Of a DNA stretch of 64,000 bases, positions 18,233 to 26,908 are shown in pieces. This DNA is from an uncultured Rubritepida sp. Lineage in GTDB: Bacteria; Pseudomonadota; Alphaproteobacteria; Acetobacterales; Acetobacteraceae. The notes beneath the pieces were generated by a model that saw only the letters and a list, made by a program, of their open reading frames with translations, had not been told where the DNA came from and searched no databases. Made by a program: the position numbers and the translations under genes. The stretch covers positions 248,402 through 312,401 of the forward strand of contig CAYNBM010000001.1 of assembly GCA_964395305.1 (NCBI GenBank), written 5' to 3'. Each line of letters begins with the position of its first letter. Position 1 is the stretch's first letter.

Positions 18233-20302
18233 GTGAATGCGCGCATTGCCGCCGATATCGGTGGAACCTTTACCGATGTGGTCCTCGAGCAGGAGGGCCA
18301 ACGCTGGACCGCGAAGGTCCTGACCACCCCCGCAGCACCCGAGGAGGGCGTGCTGGAGGGTGTGCAGGCCGTGCTCGCCCGCGCGGGCCTCTCGGCCGGC
18401 GACGTCTCGCTGATGATCCATGGCACCACGCTGGCCACCAACGCCATCATCGAGCGCAAGGGTGCGCCCACCGGTTTCATCACCACCGAGGGTTTTCGCG
18501 ACGTTTTGGCGCTCGGCAATGAAAGCCGCTACGACCAGTACGACCTGAACATCGACCTTCCGCAGCCTCTCGTCCGCCGCCGCCACCGCGTGCCCGTTGG
18601 GGAGCGCCTGGACAATACCGGCAACATCCTGCGGCCGCTGGATGAGGCAACGGTGGCCGCGGCAGTGCGATTCCTGCGCGATGAGGGCATGCAGTCGCTG
18701 GCCATCGGCTTCATGCATGGCTTTGTGAACCCGGTGCATGAGCGGCGCGCGGCCGAGATCGCGCGCTCGATCTGGCCGGAGGTGCGGATCTCGCTCGCCA
18801 GCGAAGTCTCGCCCGAGATGCGCGAATGGGAACGCTTTTCCACCACCGTCGCCAATGCCTATGTGCAGCCGCTGATGGCCGGCTACCTCGCCCGGCTGCG
18901 GGCGGGGCTGGATGCCATGGGCATGGCCGTGCCGGTGTTCATGATGCTGTCCGGCGGTGGCCTCACCGGAATCGAAACGGCGGCGAAATTCCCCATCCGC
19001 CTGGTCGAGAGCGGGCCGGCGGGTGGAGCGATTTTCTCCGCCTTTGTCGCGCGCCAAAAGGGTCTGGCAAAAGTCCTGTCCTTTGACATGGGCGGCACCA
19101 CGGCCAAGGTCTGTCTGATCGACGGCTTTTCACCCCAGGCCAGCCGCAGTTTTGAGGTGGCGCGCATCGGCCGCTTCCAGAAGGGTTCGGGATTGCCGCT
19201 GCGCATTCCCGTCATCGAGATGGTGGAGATCGGCGCCGGTGGCGGCTCGCTCGCCCATGTCGATGGCCTCGGCCGTATCCAAGTCGGCCCCGAAAGTGCC
19301 GGCGCCGTGCCCGGGCCGGCCTGCTATGGCCGCGGCGGCGAGAAGCCCGCGGTGACCGACGCCAACCTGCTGCTCGGCCGCTACGATCCCGCGACCTTCG
19401 CCGGTGGCGCGCTGAAGCTCTATCCCGGTCAGGCCGAGGCCGCGATGGTGGCGGCGGTGGGCCGGCCGCTGGGGCTGGAGGCGGGGATGGCTGCCCTCGG
19501 CGTGGTCGAAATGGTGGATGAGAACATGGCCAATGCGGCCCGCGTTCACGCCATCGAATCGGCGAAGACCTATGAGGGGCGGACCATTGTGGCCTTTGGC
19601 GGCGGCGGGCCGGTGCATGGCTATCGCGTGGCCGAAAAGATCGGCGTGACGCGGATGCTGGTGCCATCAGGCGCCGGTGTGGGCAGCGCCATCGGGTTTC
19701 TGCGGGCGCCCGTGGCCTATGAGGTGGTGCGCAGCCTCTACCAGCGTTTTGCGAGTTTTGACGTGGCCGGCGTGAACGCGCTGCTGGCCGATATGAGCCG
19801 CGAGGCGGCGGAGGTGGTCTCCGCCGGCAGCTTCGGCGCGCCCACCACGGAAACCCGCACGGCCTATATGCGCTATGTCGGCCAGGGGCATGAGATTGCG
19901 GTGCCCATGCCGGCGGGCGACCTCAGCGCCGGGGATGTGGCCAAAATCCGCGCCGATTACGATGCGGAGTATGCGCGCTTCTATGACCGTCCGGTTCCCG
20001 GCTCGGACGTGGAGGTGATGAGCTTCGCGGTGGTGGTCAGCACGGTGGTGGACGCGGTGGAACCGGTGGCGGAACCCGCGCGGGCACCGGCGCCAGCGCC
20101 GATCCGGCGGCAGATGGTGCTCGACACCGCGGCCGGCACGCAGGGCGAATGGGCGGTCTATGACCGCGCGGCCATGGCCCCGGGCTGCCAGGTGCCGGGC
20201 CCCTGCATCATCAGCGAGGATGAGACGAGCACGCTGGTGGGCCCGGGCTGGACCTGCGCGGTGGATGGGCTGGGGTATCTGGAACTGGTGCGGGAGGGTT
20301 GA
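18233..20302 (+). CDS. hyuA: Hydantoinase/oxoprolinase family protein, A subunit
   Basis: ORF 18233..20302 with a GTG start. N-terminus MNARIAADIGGTFTDVV. About 689 aa. Followed downstream by a B subunit. Confidence 0.9.
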   Translation: MNARIAADIGGTFTDVVLEQEGQRWTAKVLTTPAAPEEGVLEGVQAVLARAGLSAGDVSLMIHGTTLATNAIIERKGAPTGFITTEGFRDVLALGNESRYDQYDLNIDLPQPLVRRRHRVPVGERLDNTGNILRPLDEATVAAAVRFLRDEGMQSLAIGFMHGFVNPVHERRAAEIARSIWPEVRISLASEVSPEMREWERFSTTVANAYVQPLMAGYLARLRAGLDAMGMAVPVFMMLSGGGLTGIETAAKFPIRLVESGPAGGAIFSAFVARQKGLAKVLSFDMGGTTAKVCLIDGFSPQASRSFEVARIGRFQKGSGLPLRIPVIEMVEIGAGGGSLAHVDGLGRIQVGPESAGAVPGPACYGRGGEKPAVTDANLLLGRYDPATFAGGALKLYPGQAEAAMVAAVGRPLGLEAGMAALGVVEMVDENMANAARVHAIESAKTYEGRTIVAFGGGGPVHGYRVAEKIGVTRMLVPSGAGVGSAIGFLRAPVAYEVVRSLYQRFASFDVAGVNALLADMSREAAEVVSAGSFGAPTTETRTAYMRYVGQGHEIAVPMPAGDLSAGDVAKIRADYDAEYARFYDRPVPGSDVEVMSFAVVVSTVVDAVEPVAEPARAPAPAPIRRQMVLDTAAGTQGEWAVYDRAAMAPGCQVPGPCIISEDETSTLVGPGWTCAVDGLGYLELVREG

Positions 20303-20307
20303 GTTTG

Positions 20308-20356
20308 TTGCGGCCCGGCCCCTCGATGTGTATATTTCGCTGGTCAATTTACACAT
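20308..20356 (+). promoter_or_regulatory. Candidate vapBC promoter/operator
   Basis: AT-rich 63-bp spacer with TTGCGG-N17-TATATT (20308..20336). The inverted repeat ATGTGTA (20326..20332) / TACACAT (20350..20356) overlaps the -10. Confidence 0.3.
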
Positions 20357-20365
20357 AGATGGGCC

Positions 20366-20578
20366 ATGCGCACCAATATCGACATCGATGACCGACTGAT
20401 GGCCGAGGCCATGGCCGCGACCGGGTTTAAGACCAAGCGCGAGACGGTGGAGGCGGCGCTGCGCCTGCTGGCGCGGCGGAAGCGCCAGGAATCGATCCTC
20501 GAACTGTTCGGCAAGGTGGAGTGGGAGGGTGATCTGGAGGCGGATCGCCTCGACAAGCCGCGTCGCCGCGCGAGGTGA
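20366..20578 (+). CDS. vapB: Type II antitoxin, VapB family
   Basis: 70 aa. MRTNIDIDDRLMAEAMAATGFKTKRETVEAALRLL is the characteristic N-terminal DNA-binding segment. Overlaps the PIN gene by 4 nt. Confidence 0.8.
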   Translation: MRTNIDIDDRLMAEAMAATGFKTKRETVEAALRLLARRKRQESILELFGKVEWEGDLEADRLDKPRRRAR

Positions 20579-20994
20579 CAATTCTCGTGGACAGCAGCGT
20601 CTGGATCGACTCGCTGCGCGGCACCGCCACCGGGGAGACAGCGCTGCTGCGTCGCCTCATCCAGGGCTGTGACGCACCCGGCACAACAGTGCTGGTGGGC
20701 GATCTGATCCTGCTCGAAGTGCTGCGGGGCATCACCCAGGATCGCCTCTACCGCATGACACGCAGCCGGCTGCTCAGCTTCGCGCAGGTGGAGCTGGGCG
20801 GCACCCGCATCGCCGAGGCCGCGGTGGAGCATTACCGTGCCCTGCGTGAACGGGGCATCACCATCCGCAAGGCCGTGGACTGCATGATCGCCGCCTGGTG
20901 CATCCGGCACGATACAGCCCTGCTGACCAGCGACCGTGACTTCCTGCCATTTGCCCGCCATCGCGGGCTCCAGCTTGTCGGAACCACCGCATGA
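20575..20994 (+). CDS. vapC: Type II toxin, PIN-domain ribonuclease VapC
   Basis: 139 aa with a GTG start. PIN acidic residues are in the expected contexts: ILVDSS, LLEVL, VDCMIA, SDRDF. Confidence 0.85.
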   Translation: MTILVDSSVWIDSLRGTATGETALLRRLIQGCDAPGTTVLVGDLILLEVLRGITQDRLYRMTRSRLLSFAQVELGGTRIAEAAVEHYRALRERGITIRKAVDCMIAAWCIRHDTALLTSDRDFLPFARHRGLQLVGTTA

Positions 20995-22631
20995 ACCCCC
21001 TCGAAAAAATCCAACGCCAAATCCAATGGAACCGCCTCATCGCGGTGGTCGAGGAACAGGCGCAGGTGATGATCCGCACCGCCTTCTCCACCACGGTGCG
21101 CGAGGCCGGTGACCTCTCCGCCGGCGTCTTCGACCTGCACGGCCGCATGCTGGCCCAGGCCGTTACCGGCACCCCCGGCCACGTGAACTCCATGATGGAA
21201 AGCGTGGGCCATTTCCTGCAAAAATTCCCCGCCGCCGGCATGCGCCCGGGCGACCACTACATCACCAACGACCCCTGGCTCGGCACCGGCCACCTGCACG
21301 ACCTCACCGTCGTCTCCCCCGCCTTCCACCGCGGGAAAATCGTCGGCCTCTTCGCCAATACCGCGCATATCATCGATATCGGCGGCCTCGGCATGGGGCC
21401 GGAGGGGCGCTCGGTTTTCGAGGAAGGCCTCTACATCCCCATCGTCAAATGCTTCGACCAGGGCCAGCCGAACGAGACCTTCTTCGACTTCATCCGCGTC
21501 GGCTCCCGCACCCCGGTGGAGCTGGAAGGGGACATCTACTCCCTCTGCGCCTGCAACGATGCCGGCGCGAAGCGCCTGGCCGAAATGCTGGATGAATACG
21601 GGCTGGACGGGCTGGATGCCCTGGCCGAATACATCTTCGACGCCTCGCTCACCGCCACCCAGGCCGCCATCAACGCCCTGCCCCGCGGCACCTATCACAA
21701 CAGCATCAACTCCGATGGCTATGAGGCGCCGGTCACGCTCAAGGCCGCGCTGACCATCCAGCCCGACGCGATCGTGGTCGATTTCGCCGGGACCTCCGGC
21801 CTGTCCAGCCGCGGCATCAACGTGCCGCCGGCCTATTGCCGGGCCTATTCCTGCTTCGGCATTAAGGTGGTGGTGGCACCCGACATCCCCAACAACTGGG
21901 CCAGCCTCGCCCCCTTCAGCATGGTCATCCCCGAGGGCTGCATCCTCAACGCGCCCCGCCCCTACCCCGTCAGCGTGCGCCATGTCGTGGGGCAGCTCAT
22001 CCCCGATTTGATGATGGGCTGCCTGGGCCAGGCCGTGCCCGGGCGCGTCGTCGCCGAAGGCTCCTCCGCGCTGTGGAATCCGCCCTTGCGCGGCGGCTCC
22101 CAGGTCTCCGGCCAGGCGGCGGAGGTCGAGAATTTCGAAATCATCACCTTCAATTCCGGCGGCACCGGCGCGCGCCCGACCAAGGACGGGCTGGACGGCA
22201 CCGCCTTCCCCTCCGGCGTGCGCACCATGAGCGTGGAGGCCACGGAAAACGTGGCCCCCGTGATCTTCTGGCGCAAGGAGTTGCGGCCCGACAGCGCTGG
22301 CCCCGGGAAGACCCGCGGCGGCTTCGGCCAGATCATGGAGATCGGCGCCAAGAACAACGCCGAATTCGCGGTGAACGCCATCTTCGACCGGGTCGCGAAT
22401 GCGCCCAAGGGCCGTTTCGGCGGTGGCGAAGGTGCGGCGGGCCGGGTCTCGCTGGATGACGCCAATGGCACCACGCTGCGCACCAAGGGGTTTCAGACCA
22501 TCCCCAAGGGCCGGCATCTCGTCCTCCACCTGCCCGGCGGCGGCGGCATGGGTGACCCCGCGCTGCGTGACCCCGCGCTGATCGAGCGCGACATCGAGGA
22601 TGGGCTGATCACCCGGGGTGCCGCGGAATGA
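20991..22631 (+). CDS. hyuB: Hydantoinase B/oxoprolinase family protein
   Basis: ORF 20991..22631. N-terminus QIQWNRLIAVVEEQAQVMIRTAFSTTVREAGDLSAGVFD. The ATG overlaps the vapC stop (ATGA). Confidence 0.9.
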   Translation: MNPLEKIQRQIQWNRLIAVVEEQAQVMIRTAFSTTVREAGDLSAGVFDLHGRMLAQAVTGTPGHVNSMMESVGHFLQKFPAAGMRPGDHYITNDPWLGTGHLHDLTVVSPAFHRGKIVGLFANTAHIIDIGGLGMGPEGRSVFEEGLYIPIVKCFDQGQPNETFFDFIRVGSRTPVELEGDIYSLCACNDAGAKRLAEMLDEYGLDGLDALAEYIFDASLTATQAAINALPRGTYHNSINSDGYEAPVTLKAALTIQPDAIVVDFAGTSGLSSRGINVPPAYCRAYSCFGIKVVVAPDIPNNWASLAPFSMVIPEGCILNAPRPYPVSVRHVVGQLIPDLMMGCLGQAVPGRVVAEGSSALWNPPLRGGSQVSGQAAEVENFEIITFNSGGTGARPTKDGLDGTAFPSGVRTMSVEATENVAPVIFWRKELRPDSAGPGKTRGGFGQIMEIGAKNNAEFAVNAIFDRVANAPKGRFGGGEGAAGRVSLDDANGTTLRTKGFQTIPKGRHLVLHLPGGGGMGDPALRDPALIERDIEDGLITRGAAE

Positions 22632-23302
22632 ACGCGCTGATCGTCGGCGCCGGCGCCGGTCTCTCCGCCTCCCTCGCCCGCAAGCTGGCGGCGGCGGGGT
22701 GGAACATCGCCCTGGCCGCCCGCAACACCGAAAAACTCGGCGCCCTGGCCGCCGAAACCCGCGCAACCCTGCATGCCTGCGACAGCGCCGACATCGACGC
22801 CGTGGCCGGGCTTTTCGAAGCGCTGGATGCCGCCGGCCGCACGCCCTCCCTCGTCATCTACAACCCCAGCTTCCGCACCCGCGGGCCTCTGGTCGATCTC
22901 GACCCCGTGCTGGTCCGCCGCGCGCTGGAGGTCTGCGCCTTCGGTGCCTTCCTGGTCGCGCAGCAGGCGGCGCGGCGCATGCTGAAGGCCGGCTCGGGCC
23001 ATATCTTCCTCAGCGGCGCCTCGGCGGGGGTGAAGGGTTTTCCGCAATCCGCGCCCTTCGCCATGGGCAAATTCGCGCTGCGTGGCCTGGCCGAGAGCAT
23101 GGCGCGCGAATTGCACCCGCAGAACATCCATATCTGCCATTTCGTCATCGATGGCGGCATCGCCTCCGCCAACCGCATCCCGGAAGGCGACAACCTGCTC
23201 AGCCCCGATGCGATCGCCGATTCCTACCTGCATGTCCTGGCCCAGCCGCGCACGGCCTGGAGCAGCGAGATGGCGATCCGGCCCTGGGTGGAGAGATTCT
23301 AA
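22628..23302 (+). CDS. SDR-family oxidoreductase with Phe in place of the catalytic Tyr
   Basis: MNALIVGAGAGLSASLARKL Rossmann motif. The active-site region SAPFAMGKFAL aligns to the classical AYSASKAAL pattern. ATGA overlap with hyuB. Confidence 0.8.
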   Translation: MNALIVGAGAGLSASLARKLAAAGWNIALAARNTEKLGALAAETRATLHACDSADIDAVAGLFEALDAAGRTPSLVIYNPSFRTRGPLVDLDPVLVRRALEVCAFGAFLVAQQAARRMLKAGSGHIFLSGASAGVKGFPQSAPFAMGKFALRGLAESMARELHPQNIHICHFVIDGGIASANRIPEGDNLLSPDAIADSYLHVLAQPRTAWSSEMAIRPWVERF

Positions 23303-24102
23303 ATCAGGCTCGACAGCATCCGCAGCCCCAGTGCTGCCATCATCGCGGCGAAGCCCAGCCGCAAAGCCCGCCCCGGCAGCCGCTGCGCCAGGCGTACGCC
23401 CCAGGGTGTCGCCAGCATCGCCGGCGGCAGGATCAACGCCACCGCGGGCAGGCTGACGAAGCCCAGCGCGCCCATGCCGAGCCCCTCCAGGCCCCAGCCC
23501 GCCAGCACCAGCCCCAGGCTGGCCGGCGCCGCGATCATCACGCCAAACCCCGCCGCCGTGCCGATCGCCCGCCCCACCGGGACGCCGAAGAGCACCAGCG
23601 CCGGCACCCCCAGGGTCCCGCCCCCCACGCCCATCATGGCACTGACGCCACCGACCACCCCGGCCAGCGCCTGCCCGGGCAGCCCGCCCGGCAGCGCGGC
23701 ACCCAGCCGCATCCCCGGCATGAGGAAAAGTCCCGCCACCACCAGCGCGACCACGCCGAAGACCAGCACGAGCAAGGCCCCGGCCACCCATCCCGCCAGC
23801 ACGACACCGAGGCCCACGCCCACCAGCATGCCCGGCGCCAGGCGCCGCAGCAGCGCGGCGTCGAGCGTGCCGCGCGCGGCATGCCCCCGCGCCGCCAGCC
23901 AGGATGTCGGCACCGTCATCGCCAGCGAGGTGCCGATGGCCAGCTTGACGCGCAGCGCCTCCTCCACGCCGGGCAGCGGCAGCAGCCCCGCCATCAGCGG
24001 CACCAGCACCACGCCCACGCCAATGCCGAAGAGCCCGGCGAGCAGCCCCCCCGCCAGCCCCGCCAGAACCAGCCCGGGCGCGAGCCAAAGCCATTCCATC
24101 AT
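23299..24102 (-). CDS. TauE/SafE (TSUP) family anion exporter
   Basis: ORF 23299..24117. Multi-TM and Gly-rich, with LLAGLFGIGVGVVLVP and MMGVGGGTLGVP repeats. The start at 24102 overlaps the upstream stop (ATGA). Confidence 0.8.
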   Translation of the reverse strand: MMEWLWLAPGLVLAGLAGGLLAGLFGIGVGVVLVPLMAGLLPLPGVEEALRVKLAIGTSLAMTVPTSWLAARGHAARGTLDAALLRRLAPGMLVGVGLGVVLAGWVAGALLVLVFGVVALVVAGLFLMPGMRLGAALPGGLPGQALAGVVGGVSAMMGVGGGTLGVPALVLFGVPVGRAIGTAAGFGVMIAAPASLGLVLAGWGLEGLGMGALGFVSLPAVALILPPAMLATPWGVRLAQRLPGRALRLGFAAMMAALGLRMLSSLI

Positions 24103-24929
24103 GCCAAGAGGCTCCAACCCATGCGCAAGCTGGTCAGCCCCAGGAAGCCGGCGAAGACCCGCTTGAGCAGCAGCGGCCGGATGCTGTGCGCCAGCGCCAC
24201 CCCCCAGGGTGTCGCGATGATCGAGGCCGGCGCGATGAGGCCAAACCCCACCAGGCTCACCCAGCCCAGCGAGAAGGGCGGCCGGCCCTCCGCCCCCAGC
24301 CCCGCCAGGACCAACCCCAGCGTGGCCGGCACGGCGATGATCAGCCCAAAGGCCGAGGATGTCGCCACCGCCGCGCGGATGGGGCTGCCGAACATGCCCA
24401 GCACCGGCACGCCCAGCGTGCCGCCGCCAATGCCCATCACCGCCGAAAAACCGCCAATCCCCGCGCCGATGCCCGCCCGCGCGGCACCGCCGGGCATGCT
24501 GTCGCGCCAGCGCCAGTTCAGGCCGGAAAACCCCATATTCACCGCCACCACCAGCGCCACAGCGGCGAAGATGCCGATCAGCACCGGCCCCTTCAGCCCC
24601 ACGGCCAGCATGGTGCCCAGCAGCGCGCCCGCGAAGATCGGCAAAGCCAGTGACCGCAGCAGGGGCACATCCATCGTGCCGGTGGAGAAATGCCGGCGCG
24701 CCGAGATCAGGGATGTCGGGATGATCGTCGCCAGGGAAGTCGCCACGGCAACCTTGATCTGCGTCTCCCCCGGCACGCCGAACCAGGGCAGCACATGGAA
24801 CAGCACCGGCACGATCACGATGCCGCCCCCCACCCCCAGCAGCCCGGCGAGCAGGCCGGAGAACAACCCGGTCGCCGCCATGGCGCTGACCATGGCGAGC
24901 AGGAAGAGCGGGCTGTAGGGATCGTGCAT
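24099..24929 (-). CDS. TauE/SafE (TSUP) family anion exporter
   Basis: ORF 24099..24929. Carries LLAGLLGVGGGIVIVPVL and VMGIGGGTLGVPVL internal repeats. Paralogue of the downstream gene. Confidence 0.85.
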   Translation of the reverse strand: MHDPYSPLFLLAMVSAMAATGLFSGLLAGLLGVGGGIVIVPVLFHVLPWFGVPGETQIKVAVATSLATIIPTSLISARRHFSTGTMDVPLLRSLALPIFAGALLGTMLAVGLKGPVLIGIFAAVALVVAVNMGFSGLNWRWRDSMPGGAARAGIGAGIGGFSAVMGIGGGTLGVPVLGMFGSPIRAAVATSSAFGLIIAVPATLGLVLAGLGAEGRPPFSLGWVSLVGFGLIAPASIIATPWGVALAHSIRPLLLKRVFAGFLGLTSLRMGWSLLA

Positions 24930-25193
24930 ATGTCAGGATCGCTCACATTTGGCGCGGCGCAAAGGAACCAACCGCTGAATCCCACCACCGAACCGCTCTT
25001 CTACCGCATTGCCGTGCCGGCGATGCTGGTTTCCGCCATCGGCAAGGGCGGTTTCGCCGGCGCCACCGCCAATGTCATAATGCTGATGGTGCCGCTGCCG
25101 CGCGGGATGTCAGAGGCGCCGTTCTGTCGCATCATCACCGCGGCCCTGCTGGTGCTGGGCGTGAAGCTGACATGGGATGGATTCCTCGCATGA
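24930..25193 (+). pseudogene. Possible remnant of a TauE-type gene, or an 87-aa two-TM ORF
   Basis: LFYRIAVPAMLVSAIGKGGFAGATANVIMLMVPL resembles TauE N-termini of the ISKGGFG type. ITAALLVLGVKLTWDGF resembles their C-termini. The stop overlaps the racemase ATG (ATGA). Confidence 0.25.
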
Positions 25194-25888
25194 ACGACGA
25201 CAAGGTGCTGGGCGTGCTCGGCGGCATGGGGCCTCTGGCCAGCGCGGAATTCATGCGCAGCCTGACCTTGCAGACCCCGGCCCGGCGCGATCAGGACCAC
25301 CTCCCCGCCATCCTGGTCAGCGACGGCAGGGTGCCCGACCGCAGCGCCGCGCGCATGGGCACGGGGCCGGACCCGCTGCCCGCCCTGCTGCGCGGCATCC
25401 GCATCCTGGAGCGCGCGGGCTGCGGCGCCATCGCCATCCCCTGCAACACCGCCCATGGCTGGTATGCGGGGATGCAGGCGGCGACCTCGCTGCCCATCCT
25501 GAATATCGTCGATGCGGCGGCGGCCGATCTGCGGGCGCAGGGGTTTTCCAAAGGGCGGATCGGGCTGATGGCGACGGCCGGCACCCTGGCGATGCGGCTC
25601 TATCAGGAGCGGCTGACGGATTACGAGGTCATCACCCCCGACGCCGCCGAAATGGCCGAACTCGTCACCCCCGCCATCGAGCAGGTGAAGGCCAATCACC
25701 TGGCCCTGGCCTATCCGCCACTGGCCGAGATGGCCACCCGCCTGCAGGCCCGCGGCGCGCAGGCCGTGGTGCTGGGCTGCACAGAAATCCCGCTGGGCAT
25801 CGCCGCCGGCGCCCCCCTGCCCTTCCCGGTGGTGGACACGGTGGCGGCGCTGGCCCGGGCGGCGCTGGCATGGTGGCGCGCGGCGTGA
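25190..25888 (+). CDS. Aspartate/glutamate racemase family protein
   Basis: ORF 25172..25888 trimmed to MNDDKVLGVLGGMGPLASAEF. Two catalytic Cys motifs: IPCNTAHGW and LGCTEIPL. Confidence 0.85.
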   Translation: MNDDKVLGVLGGMGPLASAEFMRSLTLQTPARRDQDHLPAILVSDGRVPDRSAARMGTGPDPLPALLRGIRILERAGCGAIAIPCNTAHGWYAGMQAATSLPILNIVDAAAADLRAQGFSKGRIGLMATAGTLAMRLYQERLTDYEVITPDAAEMAELVTPAIEQVKANHLALAYPPLAEMATRLQARGAQAVVLGCTEIPLGIAAGAPLPFPVVDTVAALARAALAWWRAA

Positions 25889-25900
25889 CAGGCTCGGCCC

Positions 25901-26908
25901 ATGATCGCCGACGAAGCCGCACTCGAAGACATTCTCTCCCGCCCCGATGACGCGCTGCGCGAGGACCTCGCGGCCGCCCCGGGCGACATCCTGGTGCTGG
26001 GCGCCGCCGGCAAGATGGGCCCCACGATGTGCCGCGCCGCCAAGCGGGCCGACCCCGCCCGGCGGGTGATCGCGGTGGCGCGCTGGAGCGAGCCTGGCCT
26101 GCGAGAGCGCATGCAGTCCTGGGGCATCGAGACGCTGAGCGCCGACCTGATGGACCCGGTCGCCCTCGCCGGCCTGCCGGAGGCACCGAACCTGATCTTC
26201 CTCGCCGCCCGCAAATTCGGCAGCACCGGCGCCGAAGACACGACCTGGGCGATGAACACCCTGCTGCCCGCCCTGGTCGCCGCGCGTTTCCCCACCGCCC
26301 GCACCGTCTTCCTCAGCTCCGGCAATGTCCTGCCGCTGGTGCCGGTGATCTCCGGTGGCGCCGATGAAGCCACGCCGCCCGCCCCGGTCGGCGAATATGC
26401 GGCCTCCGTCCTCGGGCGCGAGCGGATGTTCCAGCATGCCGGCCGTGCCCGCGGCACGCCCGGCTTCGGCATCCGGCTGAACTACGCCATCGATCTGCGC
26501 TACGGCGTACTGGCCGATATCGCCCAGAAGGTGCTCTCGGGCATGCCGGTGCCGCTCGCCATGGGCCATGCCAACGTGATCTGGCAGGGCGATGCCAATG
26601 CCTGGACCTTGCGCGCGCTGCGCCACGCCACGCCGCAATGCCCGATCGTCAACGTCACCGGCCCCGAGACCATCTCGGTGCGCTGGCTGGCCGGGCAATT
26701 CGCCCTGCGGATGGATCGCACGGCGGAATTCACCGGCGAGGAGGCGCCCCAGGCCCTGCTCTCCAATGCCGGCCGGGCCTTCGCGCTGTTCGGCTATCCC
26801 CGCGTGCCGCTGCTGACCATGCTGGATTGGGTGGCGGATTGGGTCGCGCGCGGCGGCCGCTCGCTCGGCCGCGCGACCAAGTTCGAAGTCAGGGATGGGC
26901 GTTTCTGA
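25901..26908 (+). CDS. NAD-dependent epimerase/dehydratase family protein
   Basis: ORF 25901..26908. Rossmann motif ILVLGAAGKMGPTM. About 335 aa. Confidence 0.8.
   Translation: MIADEAALEDILSRPDDALREDLAAAPGDILVLGAAGKMGPTMCRAAKRADPARRVIAVARWSEPGLRERMQSWGIETLSADLMDPVALAGLPEAPNLIFLAARKFGSTGAEDTTWAMNTLLPALVAARFPTARTVFLSSGNVLPLVPVISGGADEATPPAPVGEYAASVLGRERMFQHAGRARGTPGFGIRLNYAIDLRYGVLADIAQKVLSGMPVPLAMGHANVIWQGDANAWTLRALRHATPQCPIVNVTGPETISVRWLAGQFALRMDRTAEFTGEEAPQALLSNAGRAFALFGYPRVPLLTMLDWVADWVARGGRSLGRATKFEVRDGRF

Noticed and set aside
24927-24932. Head-to-head start codons sharing palindromes: CATATG at 24927..24932 and CCATGG at 28875..28880.
   Set aside because: These are most likely start-codon calling artefacts, with at least one partner starting elsewhere, rather than biology. 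They are noted only as uncertainty on the affected starts.
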